From an uncultured Hormoscilla sp. (GTDB lineage: Bacteria > Cyanobacteriota > Cyanobacteriia > Cyanobacteriales > Desertifilaceae), in assembly GCA_963921275.4 (NCBI GenBank), contig OZ001293.3, forward strand, positions 2,176,001 to 2,240,000: a DNA stretch of 64,000 nt. The letters run 5' to 3'. How positions within the stretch are numbered: the stretch's first letter is position 1; every line of letters starts with the position of its first letter. Position numbers and translations under genes: made by a program. Below, in pieces: positions 1-16,772 of the stretch. Below the pieces are notes generated by a model. The model searched no databases, had not been told where the DNA came from, and saw only the letters and a list, made by a program, of their open reading frames with translations.

Positions 1-91
1 TCCCCCCGATGCTTCTGTTGTTCATGCTCGTTGGCATGGGGTGACGGTAGCTAACGACAAGGTGATTAACCTCCGGCAGAGCTCCAACGGA

Positions 92-612
92 CTGACTGGC
101 AGCATCCCGACGGAGTTAGAGAATCTTTCCAATTTAAAGATTCTCCGGCTGTTCTCCAACCAACTGACTGGCAGCATCCCGACGGAGTTAGGGAATCTTT
201 CCAATTTGGAGGATCTCCGGCTGCACAACAACCTCCTGACTGGCAGCATCCCGACGGAGTTAGGGAATCTTTCCAATTTGGATGTGCTCGACCTGTTCTC
301 CAACCAACTGACTGGCAGCATCCCGACGGAGTTAGGGAATCTTTCCAATTTGGATGTGCTCCGGCTGTACGGAAACCTCCTGACTGGCAGCATCCCGACG
401 GAGTTAGGGAATCTTTCCAATTTGGAAAATCTCTTGCTGTTCAACAACCAACTGACTGGCAGCATCCCGACGGAGTTAGGGAATCTTTCCAATTTGGACG
501 CTCTCTTTCTGAACAACAACCTCCTGACTGGCAGCATCCCGACGGAGTTAGGGAATCTTTCCAATTTGTCATTTCTCTGGCTGAACTCCAACCAACTGAC
601 TGGCACCATCCC
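92..612 (+). repeat. Seven 72-bp leucine-rich repeat units (LTGSIPTELGNLSNLxxLxLxxNx)
   Basis: A near-identical scaffold ctgactggcagcatcccgacggagttagggaatctttccaattt recurs every 72 bp. Confidence 0.95.
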
Positions 613-917
613 CCAAGGGGTCATAAATTTGAGGGCTGACAAGCGATTGGAAAACCCCCCTTATGTTTTAACCGAGATTCCCGACGTCCAACTCTTGCTA
701 GGTAATAACCTCAACATAGACATTAGCGACAACTTCTCCGACATCAATGATAACATCAACAACTACACAGCTACCGGTTTACCAGGGGGCGTAACCATCA
801 ACTCTCAGGGAGTTATCAGCGGTACCCCTACTACCGCAGACACCTTTACCGTAACGGTAACCGCCATCGACGCAGTGAGCAATCAAGGGACAGATATCTT
901 TAACATTGTTATAAGGA

Positions 918-3900
918 ACTCCCCTCCTACCGATCTAGAACTCAGCAACAGCAGCATTGATTCTAACTCCCCTGATGGTACAGTTGTAGGGACTTTCTCA
1001 ACTACCGATCCTGACATTGGAATTGGAGATACCTTTACCTACCAGTTAGTCACAGGCGAGGGTGCCGATGATAACGCCGCCTTCACCATAGAAGGGAACT
1101 CACTGCAAATTAACAGTTCCCCTGACTTTGAGACCCAGTCCAGTTACAGCATCCGCGTCCAGACTACTGACTCGACCGGGAACAGTTACTCAGAAGCCTT
1201 GACTATTAGCGTCAACAATGTCAACGAGTCTCCTACCGATCTAGTCCTTAGCAACAGCAGCATTGATTCTAACTCCACATCGGGTGCAGTCGTAGGGACT
1301 TTCTCAACTACCGATCCTGACTCTTCCGATCCCTTTACCTACCAGTTAGTCACAGGCGAGGGTGCCGATGATAACGCCGCCTTCACCATAGAAGGGAACT
1401 CATTGCAAATTAACAGTTCTCCTGACTTTGAGACTCAGTCCAGTTACAGCATCCGCGTCCAGGCTACTGACTCTACTGGGAACAGTTACTCGGAAGCCTT
1501 GACTATTAATGTCAACAATGTCAACTCCTCTCCTACCGACCTAGTCCTTAGCAACAGCAGCATTGATTCTAACTCCCCTGATAATGCAGTCGTAGGGACT
1601 TTCTCAACTACCGATCCTGACATTGGAGATACCTTTACCTACCAGTTAGTCTCCGGCGCTGGTGACGATAATAACGCCGCCTTCACCATAGAAGGGAACT
1701 CATTGCAAATTAACAGTTCTCCTGACTTTGAGACCCAGTCCAGTTACAGCATCCGCGTCCAGACTACTGATGCTGGTGGGCTTAGTTACTCAGAAGCCTT
1801 GACTATTAGCGTCAACAATGTCAACGAGTCTCCGACCGACCTAGTCCTTAGCAACAGCAGCATTGATTCTAACTCCCCTGATAATGCAGTCGTAGGGACT
1901 TTTTCAACTACCGATCCTGACATTGGAGATACCTTTACCTACCAGTTAGTCTCCGGCGCTGGTGACGATAATAACGACGCCTTCACCATAGAAGGGAACT
2001 CATTGCAAATTAACAGTTCCCCTGACTTTGAGACTCAGTCCAGTTACAGCATCCGCGTCCAGACTACTGATGCTGGTGGGCTTAGTTACTCAGAAGCCTT
2101 GACTATTAGCGTCAACAATGTCAACGAGTCTCCGACCGACCTAGTCCTTAGCAACAGCAGCATTGATTCTAACTCCCCTGATAATGCAGTCGTAGGGACT
2201 TTCTCAACTACCGATCCTGACATTGGAGATACCTTTACCTACCAGTTAGTCTCCGGCGCTGGTGACGATAATAACGCCGCCTCACCATAGAAGGGAACTC
2301 ATTGCAAATTAACAGTTCCCCTGACTTTGAGACTCAGTCCAGTTACAGCATCCGCGTCCAGACTACTGATGCTGGTGGGCTTAGTTACTCAGAAGCCTTG
2401 ACTATTAGCGTCAACAATGTCAACGAGTCTCCGACCGACCTAGTCCTTAGCAACAGCAGCATTGATTCTAACTCCCCTGATAATGCAGTCGTAGGGACTT
2501 TCTCAACTACCGATCCTGACGCTGACGATACCTTTACCTACCAGTTAGTCACAGGCGACGGTGCCGATGATAACGCCGCCTTCACCATAGAAGGGAACTC
2601 ACTGCAAATTAACAGTTCCCCTGACTTTGAGACCCAGTCCAGTTACAGCATCCGCGTCCAGACTACTGATGCTGGTGGGCTTAGTTACTCAGAAGCCTTG
2701 ACTATTAGCGTCAACAATGTCAACGAACCTCCGACCTTTATAGTCCTTAGCAGCAGCAGCATTGATTCTAACTCCCCTGATAATGCAGTCGTAGGGACTT
2801 TCTCAACTACCGATCCTGACGCTGACGATACCTTTACCTACCAGTTAGTCACAGGCGAGGGTGCCGATGATAACGCCGCCTTCACCATAGAAGGGAACTC
2901 ACTGCAAATTAACAGTTCCCCTGACTTTGAGACCCAGTCCAGTTACAGCATCCGCGTCCAGACTACTGATGCTGGTGGGCTTAGTTACTCAGAAGCCTTG
3001 ACTATTAGCGTCAACAATGTCAACGAACCTCCGACCTTTATAGTCCTTAGCAGCAGCAGCATTGATTCTAACTCCCCTGATAATGCAGTCGTAGGGACTT
3101 TCTCAACTACCGATCCTGACTCTTCCGATCCCTTTACCTACCAGTTAGTCACAGGCGACGGTGCCGATGATAACGCCGCCTTCACCATAGAAGGGAACTC
3201 ACTGCAAATTAACAGTTCCCCTGACTTTGAGACCCAGTCCAGTTACAGCATCCGCGTCCAGACTACTGACTCGACCGGGAACAGTTACTCAGAGGCCTTG
3301 ACTATTAGCGTCAACGATATTCCCGAACCTTCGACCTCCATAGTCCTTAGCAGCAGCAACATTGATTCTAACTCCCCTGATAATGCAGTCGTAGGGACTT
3401 TCTCAACTACCGATCCTGACTCTTCCGATCCCTTTACTTACCAGTTAGTCACAGGCGACGGTGCCGATGATAACGACGCCTTCACCATAGAAGGGAACTC
3501 ACTGCAAATTAACAGTTCCCCTGACTTTGAGACCCAGTCCAGTTACAGCATCCGCGTCCAGACTACTGACTCGACCGGGAACAGTTACTCAGAGGCCTTG
3601 ACTATTAGCGTCAACGATGTTCCCTCACCTCCGACCTCCATAGTCCTTAGCAACAGCAGCATTGATTCTAACTCCGCATCGGGTGCAGTCGTAGGGACTT
3701 TCTCAACTACCGATCCTGACATTGGAGATACCTTTACCTACCAGTTAGTCACAGGCGACGGTGCCGATGATAACGCCGCCTTCACCATAGAAGGGAACTC
3801 ACTGCAAATTAACAGTTCCCCTGACTTTGAGACCCAGTCCAGTTACAGCATCCGCGTCCAGACTACTGACTCGACCGGGAACAGTTACTCAGAGGCCTTG

Positions 3901-6050
3901 ACTATTAGCGTCAACGATGTTCCCTCACCTCCGACCTCCATAGTCCTTAGCAACAGCAGCATTGATTCTAACTCCGCATCGGGTGCAGTCGTAGGGACTT
4001 TCTCAACTACCGATCCTGACATTGGAGATACCTTTACCTACCAGTTAGTCACAGGCGACGGTGCCGATGATAACGCCGCCTTCACCATAGAAGGGAACTC
4101 ACTGCAAATTAACAGTTCCCCTGACTTTGAGACCCAGTCCAGTTACAGCATCCGCGTCCAGACTACTGACTCGACCGGGAACAGTTACTCAGAGGCCTTG
4201 ACTATTAGCGTCAACGATGTTCCCTCACCTCCGACCTCCATAGTCCTTAGCAACAGCAGCATTGATTCTAACTCCGCATCGGGTGCAGTCGTAGGGACTT
4301 TCTCAACTACCGATCCTGACATTGGAGATACCTTTACCTACCAGTTAGTCACAGGCGACGGTGCCGATGATAACGCCGCCTTCACCATAGAAGGGAACTC
4401 ACTGCAAATTAACAGTTCCCCTGACTTTGAGACCCAGTCCAGTTACAGCATCCGCGTCCAGACTACTGACTCGACCGGGAACAGTTACTCAGAGGCCTTG
4501 ACTATTAGCGTCAACGATATTCCCGAACCTTCGACCTCCATAGTCCTTAGCAGCAGCAGCATTGATAAAAACTCCCCTGATAATGCAGTCGTAGGGACTT
4601 TCTCAACTATCGATCCTGACTCTTCCGATACCTTTACCTACCAGTTAGTCACAGGCGACGGTGCCGATGATAACGCCGCCTTCACCATAGAATGGAACTC
4701 ACTGCAAATTAACAGTTCCCCTGACTTTGAGACCCAGTCCAGTTACAGCATCCGCGTCCAGACTACTGACTCTGCTAGTAATAGTTTTGAGGAGGTCTTG
4801 ACTATTAATGTTATTGATGAAGCAGAGAATTCTTCTCCTACCTCCATAGTCCTTAGCAACAATAGCATCAACGAAAACTCTCCATTGGGTGCAGTCGTAG
4901 GGACTTTGTCTACTAGCGATCCCGACGAGGGAGATAGCTTTATCTACATGCTTGTCTCCGGCAACAATGCCTTTACTATAGTAGGGGACCAACTGCTAAC
5001 TAACAGTTCTTTGGACTTTGAGACTCAGTCCAGTTACAGCCTCCGCGTCCAGACTACTGACTCTGCTAGTAATAGTTTTGAGGAGGTCTTGACTATTAAT
5101 GTTATTGATGAAGCAGAGAATTATTCTCCTACTGATATAATTCTTAGCAGCAGCATCAATATCAACGAAAACTCCCCAGCCAATACTGTCGTGGGGACTT
5201 TCGGAACTACTGACCCCGATAATGGAGATACCTTTACCTACCAGTTAATCTCCGGCTTTGGTGCCGATGATAACGCTGCCTTCACCATAGTAGGGAACCA
5301 ACTGCGAATTAACAGTTCCCCTGACTTTGAGACTCAGTCGAGTTACAGCCTCCGCGTCCAGACTACTGACTCGACTGGGAACAGTTACTCGGAGGTCTTG
5401 ATTATTAACGTCAACGATGTCGGCGAGTCTCCTACCGACCTAGTCCTTAGTAGCAGCAGCATCAATGAAGATTCCCTATTGGGTGCAGTTGTAGGGACTT
5501 TCGGAACTACTGACCCCGATAATGGAGATACCTTTACTTACCAGTTAATCTCGGGCTTTGGTGATGATGATAACGCTGCTTTCATCATAGTGGGGGACCA
5601 ACTGCGAATTAACAGTTCTCCGGATTTTGAGACTCAGGAGATTTACAGGATATTCGTTCGGACTACCGACTCGACTGGGAACAGTTACTCGGAGGCTTTG
5701 ATTATTAATGTGAACAATGTTGCTGAGTCTCCTACTGATATAGTTCTTAGTAATGGCAGCATTAATTCTAATTCCCGTGTGGGTGCGATCGTGGGGACTT
5801 TCGGAACTAGCGATCCGGACGGGGGAAATACTTTTACCTACGGGTTAATCTCGGGTTTTGGTGACGATGATAACGCTGCTTTCACTATAGTAGGGGACCA
5901 ACTGCTAATTAATAGTTCTCCGGCTTTGGAGATGAGGTCGAGTTACAGTATCCGCGTTCAGACTATTGACGTTACTGGGGCCAGTTACTCGGAGGCTTTG
6001 ATTATTAATGTGAACAATGTTGCCGAGTCTCCTACTGACCTTAACTTCAG
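918..6050 (+). repeat. ~17 tandem ~300-bp cadherin-like repeats
   Basis: 300-bp periodicity; motifs PTDLVLSNSSI, TTDPD, DFETQSSYSIRVQTTD; several units are nucleotide-identical. Confidence 0.9.
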
Positions 6051-6510
6051 CAATACTCGTCAACCCCTAACTTTCAACCCCCAACCCCTAACTTTATCAC
6101 TCTTTGAGAAGGAGGAGGAGGACACTCTGATCGGCGGGGAGGGAAGAGATCGCGTCTACGGAAACCATGGAAGCGATCGTCTCTACGAAGGATCAGAGGC
6201 CAATATTTTTGTTCTGGAGTCGGACATGATGGGTACTATCATAGACTTTGAAGATTATACGGACGGGGCTGAACGCGATCGGGCTGGACGCGATTTTTCC
6301 GGAACGGTAGATTTGGCGATCGTCTCTCAGGGCCTAGATACCTTGATTAACTTTGAAAGGGACACCCTGGTCACCCTACAGGGGATTTCAAAGATTTACG
6401 TGAGCGATCAGAATAGCACTCCTCTCCTACCGACCTAGAGCTCAGCACCGCAGCATTGCAGGGGACGAATTGTGGCCGTCAAATCTTGCGGTTCCCGCAG
6501 CTCGGTTCCC

Positions 6511-6930
6511 CTAATTTACTACCTGGGCCGCCTCTTCTCGTAAAATAATTGCTACATAGGTATCCGAGATAATCTCACCATCTCGGAAAGCCGTATCCCC
6601 CCGATACACGGGGTTAGTCAGCCACCGCCGTCCTGTAGAAACCGATATCTTCTTGCCATATCTCTTCTCCAAATAGCGCACCGCACCTCGCAAAGAACCA
6701 TACAGCAGAAATTGTGCAAAAAAATCCTTCACTACTGGCGCCGCCGCCCGATCGATCGCATAGCTATTTTTACCCCGCTTGTATCCGTAGGGTACTTTAC
6801 CCGGTGGCGGTTTACCTTGCAGGCGGTTGCGGGCATGTCCTTGACGAATGCGGCGACTGCGCTGGTAATATTGTATTTCCCGTAGCAGTTGCAGAACATC
6901 TTTGCGGTTAACTTCTGACTCTGTGGTAAT
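6511..6930 (-). pseudogene. Fragment of a recombinase-family (serine recombinase-type) protein
   Basis: GKVPYGY...KDFFAQFLLYGSLRGAVRYLEKRYGKKISVSTGRRWLTNPVYRGD resembles cyanobacterial recombinase family proteins; truncated, with the 5' side abutting the IS5 end. Confidence 0.65.
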
Positions 6931-6952
6931 AATATTAATGCCGAGGAATTCT

Positions 6953-7650
6953 AGGGCGTGTCATCAGTTAGATTAACGATATGGGTCCCCACCAAAAATA
7001 TATAACAAGATGATTGAGTTGACAACCAGGATATATTGGTGTGATCTAAGAGGGTAAAGGTTAGAGCAGGAGAATTTGAGAAATGCGTCGCTATGCTTTA
7101 AGAGATGACCAGTGGGAGAGAATCAGGGACCTATTGCCAGGTCGGGAGGGTTATGTGGGGGGGACAGCTAAGGATAACCGCTTATTTGTCTATGCTGTCT
7201 TGTATCGATATAGAGCTGGGATACCTTGGCGGGACTTACCCGAGCGATTTGGGGACTTGAGGGTAATTCATACGCGCCATAGTAGGTGGTCAAAATCCGG
7301 GGTATGGGAAAGAGTATTCAAGGTACTTGCGTCCGATGCCGATAACGAATATGCGATGATTGATGCCACGATATAAAGGGCTCATCAACATAGTGCAGGT
7401 GCTCAAAAAAAAGATTGCGACCAAGCCATCGGACGCCGTAAAGGGGGTTTGAGTACCAAAATTCACGCGACCTGTGACGCATTGGGGAACCCAACGGGTT
7501 TTCATTTAACAGCTGGTCAAGCTCACGATTTGGAAGGGGCTGATGTGTTACTTGATAATATTAAGGCTGATGCGTTACTCGCAGACAAAGCTTCTGATGC
7601 TGACGAACGGGTTTTGAAACGTCTTGAAGCCCAGCAATGCGAACCCCACC
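6953..7650 (+). mobile_element. Truncated IS5-family element (IS427-like, DUF4096 N-terminal transposase) with an in-frame TAA at 7374
   Basis: MRRYALRDDQWERI...GIPWRDLPERFG...WSKSGVWE, then DATI*RAHQHSAGAQKK and GGLSTKIHATCDALGNP...ADK; probable left end ctagggcgtgtcatca; right end absent. Confidence 0.85.
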
Positions 7651-7659
7651 CTGAGCTGC

Positions 7660-8491
7660 TGGGCAGTAGTTTCCTACTGGTTCTCGACCCAGTAGATGCT
7701 AACCAAGCCCGAGTCATAGTCCAAACAGCTAAACAGCAGGAAGTACCAGTTATTGCCTACGATCGGGCGATTTCCGATGACGATACGATGTATTACGTAT
7801 CCTTTAACAACGAGGAAGTGGGAGAACTGCAAGGAAAGTACAGAGTGGAGCAATAGGAGCAAGGAGAATACGGGCTGAAAAAAGGAGCCAAACTGGTAAT
7901 GATACATGGCTCCCCCACGGATAATAATGCCCGGCTATTCTCCGCCAAGGAGTGCTGAAAAAATTACAGCCACTGATAGATAGGGGAGACCTGCAGCTCG
8001 TTTTCGACGAATATACTCCATACTAGGACAGGAAGATAGCGGGTGATCGGATGGCCAAGATGCTGGCCAAAGAGGGGAGAAAGATAAAGATAGCTTATGT
8101 AGCGAATGATAACATGGCTAACAGCGCGATCGAAGTATTGCGGAGTCAAAAATTAAATGGTAAAGTATTAGTAACAGGACAAGATGCGGAACTATTCGCC
8201 CTGTAGAACATCCTGAAAGGGGACCAAGCAATGACCGTTTACAAACCAATTAGTCAGGAAGTAGCAGCAGCAGCCAAATTGGTAGCGGCCTTGAGCGAGG
8301 GCAGGGATCCAGGGGAGATAATTAACAGTACAACCGAAACCGCTACAGGTGGTAAAATTCCCTCAGTCCTAGTAGATGCGATCGCAGTAGACAAGGATAA
8401 CATTACAGACAGCGTAATAGCGGATAAATTCCTGTTGCTGGGGGAAATTTGTCAGGGAATAACAGTCGATCCTGGGGGAATTTGCAAGTAA
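7660..8491 (+). pseudogene. Sugar ABC transporter substrate-binding protein (XylF/ChvE-like), N-terminally truncated, with stops and frameshifts
   Basis: Pieces VLDPVD...VPVIAYDR...YYVSFNNEEVGELQG, GSPTDNNA, VTGQDA and MTVYKPI lie in different frames. Confidence 0.8.
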
Positions 8492-8559
8492 TATATACTC
8501 CGAACCGTCGGGAACTGCGCTTTTCTCAACTCCCATGGGATCGGGGGCGATCGCGTGAA

Positions 8560-9620
8560 GACCAGAAACCGGGTTTCTGCGGAAATTTTCCCATCCTCAC
8601 CGAGATAGTAAAAGAAACCCGGTTTCTCAACTCTCACTCCTTAGTCCCCCGATCGCGGTCAGACCAGAAAAAAGCGCAAGCCGATCTCGTTCCGGGTATA
8701 GTTACAAGTAGATCATAGGGGCGATCGCACTTTTATATTATAGCAGTTCTCAGATTAGTGTGATCTGCTGTCGGAGATGGATGCATCTCACTTCTAGCCC
8801 GCGCAGGCGGGCTTTGTTCCTGTAGCCGGACCCTTTAGGGTTCGGGCGGCTGTATCACATCAATTTGAGAAACGCTATATACCATGTGATTAAACATATT
8901 CGGGACTTTATGCTGCACGGATGCGAGCGGAGGCGGGAGCCTCATCAGACTGTTCCCAGGTAGAACCTGGGAACGAGAGGGTATCGGGGCGATCGCACTT
9001 TGCGGTTAAGCACCCAAATTATATCAGGTCTGATTAAATACCCATCCATAAAATTTTATCACCCGTAGGTTGGGTTGAGGCACGAAACCCAACCTACGAA
9101 AAGATCTTTTATTATGGTTAATCATCCCGACATGATATTAAATCATAATGCTATTAGTCGGTTTCAACCGACTTTAGCCTCTAGCCTTTGGGTTTGAACC
9201 CTCCGTGTATCGTGGGTAGTGCTCAACCGCGCTCCCACGATACACGGAAGACGGGCTAACAGCGAAGAAATCATCTTGGCGATCGCACTTTTATGTTATA
9301 CCATGTGATTAAACATATTCGGTACCTTATGCTGCACGGATGCCACGCTCGGAGGCGGGAGCCTCAGAAGACCGTTCCCAGGTTCTACCTGGGAACGAGA
9401 AGGTGGGCGATCGCACTTGGTGCATAGGACGGTTATGGTAGAGTTACAAACATATCATCGAGGCGATTGCACCGGTTCTTCAGCTTCCGGATCGCGGGTT
9501 AGACAAGCACAGACTCTGCTGATAGAATCTTATATAATAGCCACCCAGCGCCGTAAGCACGCTTCGTGCTTACTACGAAGGAAGGGCCGCAAGCACGCTT
9601 CGTGCTTACTACGAACGGCA
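8560..9620. repeat. Mosaic of small cyanobacterial repeat/MITE-like elements
   Basis: Inverted-repeat-bounded units tatagcagttctca...tgagaaacgctata (~8739-8878) and tatatca...tgatat (~9020-9137); direct repeat ~8876-8999 vs ~9297-9418; several REP-like hairpins; units separated by gcgatcgcactt. Confidence 0.7.
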
Positions 9621-9643
9621 GACTACGAAGGAATAACATAGCC

Positions 9644-14152
<4,509 letters not shown>

Positions 14153-14351
14153 TTATCAAAAATATACCATTTAAAAATAAATCCGACCGTAACGCTGCTC
14201 TTATCCGGACTTCCGCTTATTTGTAGCAGCTAAATTACCAAATGCTATTAGTCGGTTTTAACCGACTTTAGCTATTAGTTTTAACCCCCGGCGGGATGAC
14301 AGCGTAGTCAAGGAGTTTGAACTTCCCATTTCAAATACCTCAATTTTCATT

Positions 14352-16757
14352 TCAATTTTCAATTCTCCAAAGTCTAATCATACCATCAGCGCTGCTACTA
14401 GCAAGTATTTCTCCATCGGGACTAAAGGCGATCGCCTTCACCTCGCTTTCATGATTATTGAGAGTCGCCAGCAGTTGGCTAGTACGCAGGTCCCAAATTT
14501 TGATACTCTTGTCCGCACTGCCACTGGCGATCATCTTACCATCGGGACTGATGGCGATCGCCTTAATTTCGCCAATATGTCCAGTCATAGTGTTTTTTCG
14601 TTGTCCCGTCGCCATATTCCAGAGATTAATCTCGCGACCGTGACTGCTAACCATGGTTTTGCCATCGGGAGTAAAAGCGACACATTCAACTGGCAGAGAA
14701 CTATTTTTTAGAGATTGTTTTTCTTTCAGGGCATTGAGGTCAACTAGATGAATATTACCAGATTCAGTCCCTGCGACCAAAGTTTGTCGATCTGGACTGA
14801 TAGCTACAGCATTCACCCACCCCGAATTCCACTTAAAAGTTAGCTTGCGAGTGCCATTAGAAAGATTCCAGAATTTAACAGTTGTGTCTCTGCTACCCGT
14901 TACTAGAATTTTGCGTTCGAGACCGATCGCTAGAGATACTATACCTTCGTTCGCTGCGATCGCGCCTAGTAACTTACCCGTACTCAGTTGCCACAGCTTA
15001 ATTTTGTCATCACTCCGACTAGCACTAGCTAATATCTGACCATCTCTGCTAATGGCGATCGCGCTGACCGCCGATTTTCCGGGTAAAGCACCAATTGGCT
15101 TAATTTGGGGCATCCCCTCCAGCCCCCACAGCAAGATCGTACCATCCTCTCTATCGCTCACTAAAATCTTACCATCTTTGCTGAAGGCGATCGCCTGCAC
15201 TGCTGTCGCTTGGTACTGGATACTGTGGGTAACCTTAATATTGATACCAGTAGATGCCGTTGGAGAGTTATTTCCTGCTGGCATCGATTTCAGCAAAGGT
15301 GCGATCGAGAAAATAGGAAGACCGCCATTTCTGCCATACCAAACCCCTGCACCTGCCAATGCGAGGATAAACAAACCTGCAACCAAAGGGTTAACTGACG
15401 GCAATTTTAGCTCCATCCTTCTGGGTCTGCCCAGTTGCGTGGGAGTATATGCTATTGGTGGTGGTTGCGGTAGTTTATAGGAATTCTGTCCATATCCAAC
15501 AGGTGCCTGCACCCGGGGATAGGCAGGCAAATGCTGTAATGGCGCTGGCACGATCGGGATTTTTTTCGGTTTTAGCGGTTGCAGATGCTGCCCGCTTTGC
15601 ACTGCCGCTACTGAAGGAAAAGGGTCCCGTCCTTTTAAAATCCGAGTCCTTTCGCACCAAGGACAGCTGCGCAGATGATTGCCATAGCGATGCTGTTCAT
15701 TTTTAGCGCAGGTTACCAAACTATCTTCCGCCTCCTTGAGTGCGATTTGCCAAGTCTTAGCATTGGGGCGAACGCTAGGGTGAGAATGTCCGTCTTCAAA
15801 GCAGTGCATAAATAGTTGCCGCAATGTCGGATGCAGTAACTCTATCGGCGGTGCTGCTGGCATCGGATTGAACGGCACCTTCCGACTGCCATAGGGAAAG
15901 TGATTAGCTGCAATGCGCTTCTCGATCGGGGGCGGTTCGCCCGGCAACCTGTAGACACCAGCAAAAGGATGAGTACCTTCCATTAACAGTTGGAAAATCA
16001 GCACCGCCAACCCAAACATATCCTGTTCTGGCCTTCTGTCGAAATCAGCAAAAGACTTACCACCCTGCAACTCTGGTGGTGTAAACTCTGGCTTGCCTAC
16101 TCTACAGCGATAAACCGCCCCAGTCGAGCGATCGCTCACCTGCAAAGAATCCATATCCACGAAAGTACAAAGGGCCGTCTCTGTCAAGAGAATATTCGAC
16201 TCATTCACATCACCTATACAATAGCCCCTAGCATGGAGGGCACCAACAGCCCCTGCCAAATTGCGGGCCGTGCGATGGAGATAAAGATAATTGAACAACG
16301 GACATTTCTCGCGGCGACTTTTAGGGTTATAAAAATCAATCAACGGGCGCATCTGAGTCACTCGCGGCATCAGAAAACCCGCCACTTGTTGCGGATTCGA
16401 TATCTGAGGGGTTTTTGCGATTTTATGCGCTGCGCGCACACTACGCGGACGCGCAGCGTAGCATAAAGAAGACATCGAAGTAGTTAACAGCAAGTCAACA
16501 GGCCAAGCGAAAGACATATGTCCGAGTGATGCCGTCGGATTATCCGGCGGGTTTGCCAGCATCGCCGCCAATTTGTGGCCATGCATCGGTTTTGGCTGGC
16601 GATAAACCTTTGCTACTAAACTGGGTTCTCCCGGGACAGCGAATACCCGCGCTTCACCGCCTGCCCCCAGTTCCGATCCATTATCTAGAGTAATTAATTG
16701 TCGATTAGATTGTCGTTGTAGCCCCATAGCTTTGTTTTTTCTAGATGATGCAAGCAA
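14352..16757 (-). CDS. YegI-like Ser/Thr kinase with a transmembrane segment and a C-terminal WD40 propeller (probable start 16727)
   Basis: GAGGEARVF, IGDVNESNIL, VDMDSLQ, GKPEFTPPELQ, CPWC; hydrophobic LVAGLFILALAGAGVWY; ~7 WD40 repeats. Confidence 0.88.
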   Translation of the reverse strand: MLASSRKNKAMGLQRQSNRQLITLDNGSELGAGGEARVFAVPGEPSLVAKVYRQPKPMHGHKLAAMLANPPDNPTASLGHMSFAWPVDLLLTTSMSSLCYAARPRSVRAAHKIAKTPQISNPQQVAGFLMPRVTQMRPLIDFYNPKSRREKCPLFNYLYLHRTARNLAGAVGALHARGYCIGDVNESNILLTETALCTFVDMDSLQVSDRSTGAVYRCRVGKPEFTPPELQGGKSFADFDRRPEQDMFGLAVLIFQLLMEGTHPFAGVYRLPGEPPPIEKRIAANHFPYGSRKVPFNPMPAAPPIELLHPTLRQLFMHCFEDGHSHPSVRPNAKTWQIALKEAEDSLVTCAKNEQHRYGNHLRSCPWCERTRILKGRDPFPSVAAVQSGQHLQPLKPKKIPIVPAPLQHLPAYPRVQAPVGYGQNSYKLPQPPPIAYTPTQLGRPRRMELKLPSVNPLVAGLFILALAGAGVWYGRNGGLPIFSIAPLLKSMPAGNNSPTASTGINIKVTHSIQYQATAVQAIAFSKDGKILVSDREDGTILLWGLEGMPQIKPIGALPGKSAVSAIAISRDGQILASASRSDDKIKLWQLSTGKLLGAIAANEGIVSLAIGLERKILVTGSRDTTVKFWNLSNGTRKLTFKWNSGWVNAVAISPDRQTLVAGTESGNIHLVDLNALKEKQSLKNSSLPVECVAFTPDGKTMVSSHGREINLWNMATGQRKNTMTGHIGEIKAIAISPDGKMIASGSADKSIKIWDLRTSQLLATLNNHESEVKAIAFSPDGEILASSSADGMIRLWRIEN

Positions 16758-16772
16758 AGCCGCTTTCCCCCT

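Larger units (their letters stand above)
1..6438 (+). pseudogene. Giant secreted/surface protein: plant-type LRRs + Ig-like (He_PIG-type) domain + ~17 cadherin-like repeats + RTX-like C-terminus; begins upstream of the window; 1-bp frameshift near 2282
   Basis: ORFs 41..2290 and 2302..6438 carry the same 100-aa repeat. At ~2281 the repeat reads gccgcctcacc instead of gccgccttcacc (one T missing). The C-terminus has DTLIGGEGRDRVYGNHGSDRLYEG. The frameshift could be a sequencing or assembly error. Confidence 0.85.

Noticed and set aside
92..612. DGR-driven LRR variation
   Set aside because: No template repeat or RT in the window, and variation is distributed across tandem units
22..642. 206-aa minus-strand repeat ORF
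   Set aside because: Antisense shadow of the LRR repeats
9566..9643. N-terminal extension of PcrA in the ORF track (likewise FumC 49378-49461)
   Set aside because: The extensions are translated small repeat elements; family similarity starts at the later ATGs (9644, 49462)
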